From the NCBI GenBank assembly GCA_964408935.1, contig CAYPBF010000001.1:21703-85702 (forward strand): 64,000 nt of DNA, read 5' to 3'. Positions 28,008 through 37,183 of the stretch are shown here, piece by piece. The stretch comes from an uncultured Dehalococcoidales bacterium (GTDB lineage: Bacteria; Chloroflexota; Dehalococcoidia; Dehalococcoidales; BS750m-G39). The notes under the pieces were generated by a model that saw only the letters and a list, made by a program, of their open reading frames with translations, was not told the origin of the DNA and did no database searches. The position numbers and the translations under genes are program-made. Position 1 is the stretch's first letter. Every line of letters starts with the position of its first letter.

Positions 28008-29600
28008 TTAGCCGTTCAGAATCTTCATAGCCTCTTCCCGCCCCGCGTCCATCAGATAGGGTATGCCCGTGACCTTGGCGCATTCCTCGCTGAGGGACAA
28101 AAGCTCGTTGCGAGTGATGGCGGGTACACTAAAGCACCTGGCGCCCGCCATCAATTGCTGCAGGCCTACCCTGAGCTTATCGACATAGCTATATATGCCC
28201 ACCGCGCCCAGGGGTATGTTCTTCATCTCGCTGGCGCCGACGATGTTCTTCACGTCTTCGTAGTTGATGAAAATCTCCTCAGGCGTCTCGCCGAACTGGC
28301 TGACGGTCTTGGGTAATTTATCGTCCTTGAGCCACTGCTCGATGTTCTTACCCACCATGCCTGGGATCATCAAAGCCCGCCCCATACAGATGGCCTTGGT
28401 GAAGGGCGAGCCTAGGGCCAGCGCCTTGAATATGCCGTCCTCACTGCTGAAGCCGCCAGCGAAGGCGATATCGGGCGGCCTTTCGCCTTTGTCGGCCAGC
28501 TTCTTACAGAACTCGTAGGTGGCAGCGTGCAGGTGGAGGGTGGGCATGCCCCACTCCTCCATCATGCGCCAGGGGCTCATACCAGTGCCTCCAGGGGCAC
28601 CGTCAATGGTGAGCAGGTCAATCTTAGCCTTCGAGCCCCATTTGATGGCCATGGCCAGCTCGCGCAGGCCGTAGGCCCCCGTCTTGAGGGTAATGCGTTT
28701 AAAACCAAGGTCTCTGAGACGGTTGACCTCGTTATAAAAACCCTCCTCGTCGATGAAGCCGAGGCGGCTGTGGCGCTCGAACTCCTTCAGTGAGCCGTCG
28801 GTAAAGGCCGCCTGGACGATGGGGTCGGCGGGGTCGGGGGTAACGATATAGCCGCGTTTCTGGAGCTCCAATGCCCTCTCCAGGCTGTTAACCTTAATCT
28901 CACCACCAATACACTTCGCCCCCTGCCCCCACTTCAGCTCGATGGTCTCCAGCCCGTGCTTTTTCCTGACGTAGGCGTCGACGCCCAGTCGGGTATCCTC
29001 TACGTTCATCTGGACCAGAATCTCACCGTAACCCTGATGGTAGCGCTTGTATATCTCGATTCTGCGGTCCATATCGGGGGCGGAGGTAACCTTACCCTTG
29101 TCGTCACGCTCTAAGCGCGGGTCGATGCCGCAGACGTTTTCGCCACAGACCAGGGTGACACCGCCGATGGCGGCACCGACGGCAAAGTGGTCCCAGTTCT
29201 TGCGGGCTATTTCGGTGGAGCCCAGAGCACCGGTGAAGACCGGCACCTTCATCTTAACCTTAATGTCCCAGCCGTATTCGGTCTCGGTGTTTACCGACGG
29301 GAAGGTAGCCGTATCGGGGTCGCCGCTGACACCAGGGGGCAGACCCTCGGCCCCCAAGGCGTAACCCTGGATATTAAGGTGAGAGTAATCGATGGGATAG
29401 TCCTTGTCACCTCCGGCCGTGACCTCGCCGAAGGGTCCAGGGTATATCAGTTCCCGACCGCGGAAGGTCGCCTTGAAGACCTCGCAATTTCCGGTGCACC
29501 CGTCAACACAGCGGGTGCAGAGGCCGCTCATGGGGACCACGCTTCGGGAGCGGTTAGCCGTTCGGGTGGCTTCGTTGGCGTTGGGTCGTTGTAGGTTCAT
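28008..29600 (-). CDS. FMN-binding glutamate synthase family protein (stand-alone GltB FMN-domain homologue)
   Basis: 530 aa. N-terminal Cys cluster CTRCVDGCTGNCEV, IDGAPGGTGMSP, AFAGGFSSEDGIFKALALG. Confidence 0.8.
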   Translation of the reverse strand: MNLQRPNANEATRTANRSRSVVPMSGLCTRCVDGCTGNCEVFKATFRGRELIYPGPFGEVTAGGDKDYPIDYSHLNIQGYALGAEGLPPGVSGDPDTATFPSVNTETEYGWDIKVKMKVPVFTGALGSTEIARKNWDHFAVGAAIGGVTLVCGENVCGIDPRLERDDKGKVTSAPDMDRRIEIYKRYHQGYGEILVQMNVEDTRLGVDAYVRKKHGLETIELKWGQGAKCIGGEIKVNSLERALELQKRGYIVTPDPADPIVQAAFTDGSLKEFERHSRLGFIDEEGFYNEVNRLRDLGFKRITLKTGAYGLRELAMAIKWGSKAKIDLLTIDGAPGGTGMSPWRMMEEWGMPTLHLHAATYEFCKKLADKGERPPDIAFAGGFSSEDGIFKALALGSPFTKAICMGRALMIPGMVGKNIEQWLKDDKLPKTVSQFGETPEEIFINYEDVKNIVGASEMKNIPLGAVGIYSYVDKLRVGLQQLMAGARCFSVPAITRNELLSLSEECAKVTGIPYLMDAGREEAMKILNG

Positions 29601-29819
29601 TATTATAATCCCCTTCCTTTATGTATGATGGGCATAGTTATCCCACGGAAAGACAATGCAAAAGCGAATGCAGGCGATGGGGAGAGATTTTACACCCCTG
29701 CCCTCTTTGATATTAAGGCAGGGTATAATCCTGACTTCTCGCATAAGTATAGCCCCTAAAAGCTGGGTTGGATTAGAACGGTCGGTCGGCGAAAAGGGCA
29801 ACAGGCAACCGTTTGCCTT

Positions 29820-29849
29820 AAATTACACTAGTGGCACCATTTTTGTCAA
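29820..29849 (-). promoter_or_regulatory. candidate promoter (TTGACA-18 nt-TAATTT) for the gltB-like gene
   Basis: Minus strand: TTGACA (29849-29844), TAATTT (29825-29820). Leaves a leader of about 210 nt. Confidence 0.4.
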
Positions 29850-29856
29850 TCCCCTA

Positions 29857-29895
29857 TATAAAAAATAAGCCACCGGGCTTTTTACCCAGTGGCTT
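29857..29895 (-). terminator. rho-independent terminator of acs
   Basis: Minus strand: AAGCCACTGGG-TAAAAAG-CCCGGTGGCTT (11-bp stem with one G-U) followed by ATTTTTTAT, 22 nt after the acs stop. Confidence 0.75.
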
Positions 29896-29916
29896 AGTGT
29901 ATTTTAGTGATACTTC

Positions 29917-31884
29917 TTACTGCTTGCCTTTGACCAGGATATCGACTACCGCCGGGTCGGCCAGGGTGCTGGTATCGCCCAGATTCTCAACGTCACCAGC
30001 GGCAATCTTAGTCAGTATGCGGCGCATAATCTTGCCGCTTCTGGTCTTGGGCAGCCCCTCGGCAAACTGGAGCTTATCGGGGGTAGCAATGGGCCCTATC
30101 TCCTGGCGGACATGGGTCACCAGTTCTCGCTTAAGGTCGTCACTGGAGCGTACATGAGCCTTCAGCGTCACGAAGGCGTAGATGCCCTGTCCCTTAATCT
30201 CGTGGGGCATGCCGACCACGGCCGCCTCGGCTACCTGAGAGTGTGATACCAGGGCGCTTTCCACCTCGGCGGTGCCGATGCGGTGGCCAGAGACGTTAAT
30301 AACATCGTCGATGCGCCCCATCAGCCAGAAATAGCCGTCTTTATCCACCCTGGCGCCGTCGCCGGTGGTATAGACCCCGGGGTACTGAACGAAATAGGTT
30401 TTCTTAAACCTCTCCGGTTCGCCGTAGACCGTCCGCATCAGGCCTGGCCAGGGCTTTTTGATGACCAGGTAGCCGCCTTCATTGACGTCAGCCTCGGAGC
30501 CGTCCTGACGGAGCACGGCTGGCTCAATGCCGGGGAAAGGGAAGGTAGCCGAGCCCGGTTTGAGAGGGGTGGCTCCGGGGAGGGGGGTAATCAAAATGCC
30601 CCCCGTTTCCGTCTGCCACCAGGTATCCACGATGGGGCACTTGCCTTTACCGATGACATTGTAGTACCACATCCAGGCTTCGGGGTTAATCGGCTCGCCC
30701 ACCGAGCCCAAAATGCGCAGCGAATCCAGGTTATGGCGGGCGGGCCACTCATCGCCCTCCCTCATTATCGCCCTCAGGGCGGTGGGGGCGGTATAGAAGA
30801 CGTCGACCTGATACTTCTCGACGATAGCCCAGAAGCGGTCGGGGTGGGGGTAGGTGGGCACACCCTCGAAAACCAGACTGGAGGTGCCCAGAGCCAGGGG
30901 GCCGTAGACGATATAGCTGTGACCGGTGACCCAGCCGATATCGGCGGTGCACCAGAAAGTGTCCTCCTCTTTGATGTCGAATATCCACTTTAGGGTCTGG
31001 TAGCAAAAGAGGAGATAGCCAGCCTGGGTATGCAGCACTCCTTTGGGTTTACCGGTGCTGCCGCTGGTATAGAGAATATAGAGGGGGTCTTCGGCATCCA
31101 TCGGCTCGGGCTCGCAGTAGGGCTTGATATCCTCCGCTGTTACCTCTTCGTGCCACCAGTAGTCGCGGCCTTCTTCCATATTTACCCCGATATTGGCCCG
31201 CCTGACCACAATCACGTCCTTTACCTTGGAACAGGCCTTGGCGGCCATATCAGCGTTATCCTTACTACGGATGATGCGGCCGCTGCGGTAGTAGCCGTCG
31301 GCACAGATGAGCATCTTGGCGCCACAGTCCCGGACCCGGTCGCGTAGCGCCTCGGCACTGAAACCGCCGAAGACAACGCTGTGTATCGCCCCAATGCGGG
31401 CGCAGGCCAGCATGGCAATGGGCAGTTCCAAAATCATGGGCAGATAGATGGAAATACGGTCGCCCTTCTTTATACCATGCTTTTTAAGCACGTTGGCGAA
31501 CTTACAGACCTCGTAATAGAGCTGCTGGTAGGTAAGCGTCTTGCTATCGCCAATGTCCCCTTCCCAGATGAGGGCGGCCTTATTCTTTCTCCAGGTAGTG
31601 AGGTGCCTGTCCAGGCAGTTATAGCTCACATTGAGCTTGCCGCCGACAAACCACTCGTGCTTGGCGTTCTCGAAATCAGCGACCAGCACCTTGTCCCACT
31701 TCTTGTACCAGTCGAGCTGTTCGGCCAGCTCTCCCCAGAAGGCCTCGGGGTCGCTGATTGACCGCTGGTAGATTTCCTTATACTCTTCGAGGCTTTTTAT
31801 ATAGGCATCCCGGCTTAGCTGCTTGGGGGGCGGGAAAAGCCTCTTTTCCTCCATCATAGAGGTGATGGTCTTGCTCTCGTCCAT
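29917..31884 (-). CDS. acs: acetyl-CoA synthetase (AMP-forming acetate--CoA ligase)
   Basis: 655 aa. [43 protein letters not shown]. Full-length collinearity with Acs as I know it. Confidence 0.95.
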   Translation of the reverse strand: MDESKTITSMMEEKRLFPPPKQLSRDAYIKSLEEYKEIYQRSISDPEAFWGELAEQLDWYKKWDKVLVADFENAKHEWFVGGKLNVSYNCLDRHLTTWRKNKAALIWEGDIGDSKTLTYQQLYYEVCKFANVLKKHGIKKGDRISIYLPMILELPIAMLACARIGAIHSVVFGGFSAEALRDRVRDCGAKMLICADGYYRSGRIIRSKDNADMAAKACSKVKDVIVVRRANIGVNMEEGRDYWWHEEVTAEDIKPYCEPEPMDAEDPLYILYTSGSTGKPKGVLHTQAGYLLFCYQTLKWIFDIKEEDTFWCTADIGWVTGHSYIVYGPLALGTSSLVFEGVPTYPHPDRFWAIVEKYQVDVFYTAPTALRAIMREGDEWPARHNLDSLRILGSVGEPINPEAWMWYYNVIGKGKCPIVDTWWQTETGGILITPLPGATPLKPGSATFPFPGIEPAVLRQDGSEADVNEGGYLVIKKPWPGLMRTVYGEPERFKKTYFVQYPGVYTTGDGARVDKDGYFWLMGRIDDVINVSGHRIGTAEVESALVSHSQVAEAAVVGMPHEIKGQGIYAFVTLKAHVRSSDDLKRELVTHVRQEIGPIATPDKLQFAEGLPKTRSGKIMRRILTKIAAGDVENLGDTSTLADPAVVDILVKGKQ

Positions 31885-31996
31885 ATAGATTAAAAACTCT
31901 CCTTCTAGTTCAACACACTGCTTGTCGAGCGCATAGCTTGGTTACACTAGGTAGTAGAGACTGATTATCCACCGTAACGGTTACAATACTTGAGGG

Positions 31997-32452
31997 TTAA
32001 TCCTGATAGCTGACGCCCATAAGCTGGGAAAACGAATCCCGCAGCCTTTGTGAGATGACATAGGCTACGCCACCAGCAATCTCGGCGCAGAGCTTGGGGT
32101 TGGTATAAACCAGATTACGCAGGTCCTTCCCTTTAAAGACGAGAACCTTGGTTCTCTCCAAGGCTTTCACCGTACAGACGCTGCGGTAAGGGGGGATGGA
32201 TGCCGACCAGCCGAAGCATTCGTAGTTGGAGGCGGACTGGATTTGTCGTCTGTCGGTGGGGCCCAGCTCAAGCAGAACGGACACCAGACCGTCTTCAATC
32301 ACGTACATCTTCTCATTCTCACGGTCCTGCCGAAAGATAGTCTTGCCAGCTTCAAAAACCTCCTCGGTACACATCTCGGCCACCGCTTTAAGGTCTTCAT
32401 CATCCAAATAGTGGAAGACGTCCGACCTTCTCAGCACCTCTAGCTTATCCAT
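31997..32452 (-). CDS. stand-alone cyclic nucleotide-binding domain protein
   Basis: 151 aa. FEAGKTIFRQDRENEKMYVIEDGLVSV beta-roll pattern. No HTH or catalytic domain. Confidence 0.7.
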   Translation of the reverse strand: MDKLEVLRRSDVFHYLDDEDLKAVAEMCTEEVFEAGKTIFRQDRENEKMYVIEDGLVSVLLELGPTDRRQIQSASNYECFGWSASIPPYRSVCTVKALERTKVLVFKGKDLRNLVYTNPKLCAEIAGGVAYVISQRLRDSFSQLMGVSYQD

Positions 32453-32569
32453 TTATAATCCTCCGTCTTTCCTTGCCCGGTGAGCTAACGTACCAGAATA
32501 ATTTTACACTTTTGCTGGTAATATTTCCAGTCGAGATGAGGCCCCACCCCCTGTCCCTCCTGATTCAGG

Positions 32570-32598
32570 TTTACAATGGGCCATGAGTATGCTAGTAT
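32570..32598 (+). promoter_or_regulatory. candidate promoter (TTTACA-17 nt-TAGTAT) for mpgS
   Basis: tttaca 32570-32575, tagtat 32593-32598. It lies inside the longer track ORF, which supports the ATG 32627 start (AAGGA SD). Confidence 0.45.
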
Positions 32599-32626
32599 CA
32601 GCTTGCTTGGCATTAAGGACAAGCAG

Positions 32627-33820
32627 ATGCGTATAGAGAGACAGAGATATACCGAGCGCTTCGGCTCAATAAAGATAAACGACGTTCAGAAGGTCTTGGA
32701 ACTAGACTCGGGGCGTCGGGCCGACGGCGCGCTTAAAGAGTCGATAGCCGTCGACAAGATAGAGGAGGACGTGATTAAGGCGGTGGAGGAGAAGATGGCT
32801 ATCATTATCCCCGTCAAGGACGAGAAGCTCAAGCTCTTCGAGGGGGTTATCAGTGGCGTTCCCCACGAATGTCTGATAATAGTCGTCTCCAACAGTGAGC
32901 GCGAGGTTACCGACCGCTTCGGTATGGAGCACGATACCCTGGAGCAATACTGCCACTTTACCCAGCGTCGGGCGTTGATTATCCACCAGAAAGACCCGCT
33001 GCTGGCCAAGGCGCTGGCCCAGGCCAAGTACACCGACCTGCTGGATAAAGAGGGCAAGACGGTGAGGAACGGTAAAGCCGAGGGGATGGTGGTGGGACTG
33101 CTCATCGCCATACTGGCGGGCAAGGACTATATCGGCTTTATCGACGCTGATAACTACTTCCCCGGCTCGGTCTGGGAATACTCCAGGTGCTACGCGGCTG
33201 GTTTTAGTATCGCTCAGTCGCCCTACGCTATGGTCAGGATTCTGTGGCGCTATAAGCCAAAGGTAGCCGGTGAAATCTACTTCCGCAAATGGGGAAGGGT
33301 GTCGGAGACGACCAACAAATGTATGAACTCGCTGCTTTCGGCTAATTCCGGCTTTGAGACCGATATCATCAAGACGGGCAACGCTGGTGAGCATGCCATG
33401 AGCGTCAAGCTGGCCAGGATAACCCCCTTCGCTTCGGGTTATGCCGTTGAGCCGCAGGAACTGGTCTCCCTCTGTGAGGACTACGGCGGGGTGTTACCCA
33501 TGGCCAACCAGAGGATAGCCAAGGGCGGCGTAGAAATCTTCCAGATAGAGAGCCGCAACCCCCACTTTCATGAGGAGAGGGGCACCGAGCACCTAAAGAG
33601 TATGCTGCTTCAGGGCCTGAGCACCGTCTATCACTCCCCGCTTTGCGAAAAAGAGACGCAGAAACTCGTCCTCAGGGAGCTATCCGCCCAGCGCGCTCTT
33701 AAAAAAGGTCAAATACCCCCCAAGCCCCGTATCACCCTTCCTCCCCACCACGCCAGCATCAAAAGCTTCACTAATTTCATGGCCGAGCACCTGGATTCAT
33801 ATTCAGTGCTCAAAGATTAG
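32627..33820 (+). CDS. mpgS: mannosyl-3-phosphoglycerate synthase (GT55)
   Basis: Collinear with Pyrococcus-type MPGS as I recall it: MRIERQRYTERFGSIKINDVQKV, IIPVKDEKLKLFEGVISGVPHECLIIVVSNS, FIDADNYFPGSV, TGNAGEHAM, FQIESRNPHFHE. Confidence 0.85.
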   Translation: MRIERQRYTERFGSIKINDVQKVLELDSGRRADGALKESIAVDKIEEDVIKAVEEKMAIIIPVKDEKLKLFEGVISGVPHECLIIVVSNSEREVTDRFGMEHDTLEQYCHFTQRRALIIHQKDPLLAKALAQAKYTDLLDKEGKTVRNGKAEGMVVGLLIAILAGKDYIGFIDADNYFPGSVWEYSRCYAAGFSIAQSPYAMVRILWRYKPKVAGEIYFRKWGRVSETTNKCMNSLLSANSGFETDIIKTGNAGEHAMSVKLARITPFASGYAVEPQELVSLCEDYGGVLPMANQRIAKGGVEIFQIESRNPHFHEERGTEHLKSMLLQGLSTVYHSPLCEKETQKLVLRELSAQRALKKGQIPPKPRITLPPHHASIKSFTNFMAEHLDSYSVLKD

Positions 33821-33822
33821 CT

Positions 33823-34491
33823 ATGCCCAAGCCCATAGAGCCCAGACTTATTGTCTTTGACATGGACGGCACCCTCATTACCGAGCGGTTCATCTTTCAG
33901 CTTGCCCGAAGGTTCGGCTTTGAAGACAAGCTCAAGGAGATAATGTCGCGGCGTATTCCCGAATACGAGAAGACAAGGGTCATCGCCGCCCTGCTTAAGG
34001 GCATCAGCACTGAAAAAATCGTCGATACCTTCGACCGCATTCCGCTTTCGCCCGGCGCTGAAGCGACGGTAAAGGCGCTTAAAAACGAGGGACACATTCT
34101 GGCTATCATCAGCGACAGCTATACCATAGCCACCGAGCGGCTCCAAAAACGGCTGGGCTTCGACTACACCGTAGCCAATAAGCTGATGGTAAAGGGGGGC
34201 AAGGCTACCGGGGAGGTGAAAATGCCGCTTGGCTGGCCTAAGAACAGGCAAAACTGCCTCAAACACGCCATATGCAAGCTGAACGCCATGTTCGACCTCT
34301 CGCGGGAGACCAGAATACCACTGGAGAGGACAGTGGCTGTGGGCGACAATATCGCTGATATCTGCATGCTAGAAGCGGCCAGCCTGGGCATTGCCTTTAA
34401 CCCCAAAGCCCCTGAAGTCGAGCGGAGTGCCGATGTCACCGTTAGGGGGGATTTGGGGGGGATTTTAGCTATAATAAGTAAGTTGGGCTAG
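33823..34491 (+). CDS. HAD-IB (phosphoserine-phosphatase-like) phosphatase
   Basis: 222 aa. VFDMDGTLI, IISDS, GDNIADICMLEAASLGIAFNPK. Starts 2 nt after the mpgS stop. Confidence 0.8.
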   Translation: MPKPIEPRLIVFDMDGTLITERFIFQLARRFGFEDKLKEIMSRRIPEYEKTRVIAALLKGISTEKIVDTFDRIPLSPGAEATVKALKNEGHILAIISDSYTIATERLQKRLGFDYTVANKLMVKGGKATGEVKMPLGWPKNRQNCLKHAICKLNAMFDLSRETRIPLERTVAVGDNIADICMLEAASLGIAFNPKAPEVERSADVTVRGDLGGILAIISKLG

Positions 34492-34564
34492 TCTTGAGGG
34501 CTTTAAGAGTACTATAGTTTAGGGCAACTATTAAAAAAAGACCCCAATTCTATGTAAATAACTA

Positions 34565-34593
34565 TTGACATTACGAGGCGAATAGGTTATCGT
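34565..34593 (+). promoter_or_regulatory. candidate promoter (TTGACA-17 nt-TATCGT)
   Basis: ttgaca 34565-34570, embedded in AACTATTGACA, the same 11-mer as at 61653-61680. tatcgt at 34588-34593. Confidence 0.35.
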
Positions 34594-34616
34594 TCATAAA
34601 AAAGGAGGTAAACCCA

Positions 34617-34757
34617 ATGCAAGCCTATTGTGTTAAATGCCGAGCGAAGAAGGAGATGAAGGACGCCAAGCAAATTACCATGAAGAATGGCCGTCCGGCC
34701 ACCCAGGGAGTATGCCCTTCCTGCGGCACAAAAATGTTCCGGATCGGAAAAGCTTAA
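34617..34757 (+). CDS. small zinc-ribbon protein (DUF5679-like), 46 aa
   Basis: Absent from the ORF track (shorter than 60 aa). AAAGGAGG lies 8 nt upstream of ATG 34617. Sequence MQAYCVKCRAKKEMKDAKQITMKNGRPATQGVCPSCGTKMFRIGKA, with CxxC...CxxC. Confidence 0.7.
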   Translation: MQAYCVKCRAKKEMKDAKQITMKNGRPATQGVCPSCGTKMFRIGKA

Positions 34758-34790
34758 AACTAATCGGTATTATCAAAAGTTCAAGAGTAA

Positions 34791-34823
34791 GGCTGGATAG
34801 GGGCACTAGTGGCCTATCCAGCC
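34791..34823 (+). terminator. strong stem-loop after the small ORF (possible terminator)
   Basis: GGCTGGATAGG ... CCTATCCAGCC, an 11-bp perfect stem. The downstream tract CTCTTGCTATTT is only moderately T-rich. Confidence 0.4.
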
Positions 34824-34874
34824 CTCTTGCTATTTAGCACATTACTAGCCAGCTCATATATTGAGCTGATAAAA

Positions 34875-34907
34875 GCCAAGGTGGGTAGTTAACGCCTTGG
34901 CATTTTT
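34875..34907 (+). terminator. rho-independent terminator
   Basis: GCCAAGG-(13 nt)-CCTTGGC followed by ATTTTT and preceded by AAAA. Confidence 0.5.
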
Positions 34908-34984
34908 GTGTCCCAAAAACAGGCCCACTCTTCCTAATGCGTGCCCCCAGAATACGCATCACTTAGTAACAGAAGGAGATGCTA

Positions 34985-35827
34985 ATGGCCAAAAGCAAGA
35001 TATCAGCGCTAAGAACGGCGCGCACCTTTCTTAGAGAGGGCACCTGCTCGGAAACGCTTATGATTGCTCTCGACCGCGCCTACGGCCACCCGATGAACAC
35101 CGAAGAGCAGGCCTCCGCTCCCCTAGCAGGCGGACTAGTGCAATATGGCTATCAGTGCGGCATGCTCTGGGGTGCAACGCTGGCGGCGGGGGCAGAGGCC
35201 TATAGAGTGTACGCCCCAGGTCCAAAAGCCGAAACGGCGGCGGTTAGGGCCGCCCAAAGGCTTGCGTCGTCATTAGCTGGCCGCTACAAGAGCATTAACT
35301 GCCTCGAAATAACCGACTTGAATTGGAAGAAAATACAGCCGCTGAAGATACTAAAGTTCTTTGCCAAGGGCGGGCCCATAGGCTGCATAACCATGGCCGC
35401 TAAATACGCCCCGCTGGCTTTCGATGAGATAAATACCGCTTTTTCTGAAAGACCGGTCAAAGCCCCCTCCCCTCCCGGAAGCTGCGCGGCCATTATGGCC
35501 CAGAAGATGGGCGCCTCCGAAATGCATACGGTAATGGCGGCGGGATTTGCTGGTGGCATCGGCCTCAGTGGAGGTGGCTGTGGGGCCTTGGGGGCCGCCG
35601 TCTGGATTATCGGGATGAACGGCCGCCGAGAAAAAGCTAGCAACAAAGTCATCAATTCAAGGCTCAACGATACGATGGATAAATTCTTACGAGGCACCGA
35701 TTTCAAGATAGAGTGCTCCGAAATAGTGGGGCGTAAGTTCGAGAATATCGAAGACCATGCCGTTTACTTACGCGATGGCGGCTGTTCGAAGATTATCGAG
35801 CTACTGTCTACTAAACAATCTACGTAG
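34985..35827 (+). CDS. C_GCAxxG_C_C-family putative redox protein (tandem-like)
   Basis: ATG 34985 preferred (GAAGGAG lies 6 nt upstream). Motifs: GTCSETL, YQCGMLWGA, INCLE in the first half; GGGCGALGAA and IECSE in the second half. Confidence 0.55.
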   Translation: MAKSKISALRTARTFLREGTCSETLMIALDRAYGHPMNTEEQASAPLAGGLVQYGYQCGMLWGATLAAGAEAYRVYAPGPKAETAAVRAAQRLASSLAGRYKSINCLEITDLNWKKIQPLKILKFFAKGGPIGCITMAAKYAPLAFDEINTAFSERPVKAPSPPGSCAAIMAQKMGASEMHTVMAAGFAGGIGLSGGGCGALGAAVWIIGMNGRREKASNKVINSRLNDTMDKFLRGTDFKIECSEIVGRKFENIEDHAVYLRDGGCSKIIELLSTKQST

Positions 35828-35855
35828 AACACTGCACCGGCTACTATAGCTCTAG

Positions 35856-35884
35856 TTGCCACCGCGCGTATCTACCGCTATAAT
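35856..35884 (+). promoter_or_regulatory. candidate promoter (TTGCCA-17 nt-TATAAT)
   Basis: ttgcca 35856-35861, tataat 35879-35884, upstream of the CoA-transferase / Mo-hydroxylase genes. Confidence 0.45.
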
Positions 35885-35933
35885 CTAGTCTATAAAACTC
35901 TGTAACTGAATGATGGAAAAGGAGGGCGAGACA

Positions 35934-37142
35934 ATGGCTGGACCACTGGATGGTGTCAAGGTAGTAGAAATAAGCATGTTTCAACAGGGACCGGTAGCGG
36001 GGATGAGGCTAGGCGACCTGGGTGCCGAGATAATCAAAGTAGAGCCCAAGAATGGAGACCCCGCCCGGGGCATGATGCGGATTATCGGCGCTGATACCGG
36101 TCTTAAGGGGCGTAACTATTATTTCGAGAGCAACAACCGCAACAAGCGCAGTATCGCCCTGGACATGAACACAGAAAAGGGTAAGAAGATATTCTTCGAC
36201 CTGATTAAGCGCGCCGACGTCTTCGTGACCAACCTGAGCATAGACGCTCCCAAGCGGATGGGGATTGATTACCAGGTGCTTTCGAAGATAAACCCCAAGC
36301 TTATCTACGCCCACGCTTCGGGGTGGGGCCGTGAGGGACCCGACGCCAACGCCCTTTCCTTCGACTATACCGGTATCGCTCGTGCTGGCACCATGATGAT
36401 GTGCGGCGAGCGTAACGGCCCACCGGCTACCCTGATACCGGGGATGGGCGACGAACAGGGCGGGCTTATCTGTGCCTGGGCGGTAACCGCTGCCCTCTAC
36501 GCCCGCGAAAAGACAGGCAAAGGACAGCTGGTAGATACCTCGCTCATGGGTAGCCTCATCGCCCTGCATGGGGTCAACTTTGCTGCCCCCGGCGTCCTGC
36601 ACAAGGAATTCCCCCGCTTCATCAGAGCCGAGGCGGGCAACCCCATCTATAATCACTATCAGTGCAAGGACAAAAAGTGGATTGTCATCGCCCACCTTCA
36701 ACCCGATAAATACTGGCCCAACGTCTGCAAGGCAATGGGAATCGAGGAACTAGAGCACGACCCCAGGTTCAACAGCATCGAAGCCAGGCACGACCACGGC
36801 AAGGAGCTGGTGGCCATACTGGACAAGATATTCGCCACCAAGAACCGTGACGAGTGGATGAAGATATTCAAGAAGGAGAACGTAATCTACACCCCCATCC
36901 AGTCGTCAAGCGAGGTTTTTGAAGACCCGCAGGCGCTAACCAACAGCTATATTATCCCCGTCGAGCACCCGGTCTGGGGCAAGATAAAGATGCTCGGCTT
37001 CCCCTGGTCGTTCAGCCAGACCCCAGCCGCGGTCAAGCGGGAGGCACCCGAATTGGGCCAGCATACCGAGGAGATTTTACTGGAGCTTGGCTACAGCTGG
37101 GACGATATCGCCAAGCTCAAAGAGGAAGAGGTAATAATCTAA
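35934..37142 (+). CDS. family III CoA-transferase (CaiB/BaiF type)
   Basis: AAGGAGGG SD before ATG 35934. LDGVKVVEISMFQQGPVAGMRLGDLGAEIIKVEP. Catalytic-Asp motif GDEQGGLICAWAVTAALYAREKTGKGQ. Confidence 0.9.
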   Translation: MAGPLDGVKVVEISMFQQGPVAGMRLGDLGAEIIKVEPKNGDPARGMMRIIGADTGLKGRNYYFESNNRNKRSIALDMNTEKGKKIFFDLIKRADVFVTNLSIDAPKRMGIDYQVLSKINPKLIYAHASGWGREGPDANALSFDYTGIARAGTMMMCGERNGPPATLIPGMGDEQGGLICAWAVTAALYAREKTGKGQLVDTSLMGSLIALHGVNFAAPGVLHKEFPRFIRAEAGNPIYNHYQCKDKKWIVIAHLQPDKYWPNVCKAMGIEELEHDPRFNSIEARHDHGKELVAILDKIFATKNRDEWMKIFKKENVIYTPIQSSSEVFEDPQALTNSYIIPVEHPVWGKIKMLGFPWSFSQTPAAVKREAPELGQHTEEILLELGYSWDDIAKLKEEEVII

Positions 37143-37183
37143 GCCACGGCGCGTGGCTTTAACTAGAAAGGTCACAGCTACCG

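Noticed and set aside
29601-29856. Possibility that the gltB-like leader is a glutamine (glnA-type) riboswitch
   Set aside because: I could not find the conserved core sequences I remember for that class. It is kept only as an unclassified structured leader.
34637-34837. 66-aa track ORF overlapping the small zinc-ribbon gene
   Set aside because: It has no SD and runs through the downstream hairpin. The alternative frame from ATG 34617 has a perfect SD and a recognisable CxxC...CxxC small-protein sequence.
36009-36701. 230-aa ORF antisense to the CoA-transferase. Similar long antisense ORFs at 6102-6677, 32702-33394, 33817-34266, 41323-41829, 43559-44418, 56041-56775 and 61907-62566
   Set aside because: Each is fully contained in a strongly supported gene on the other strand. 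No motifs and no ribosome-binding sites seen.
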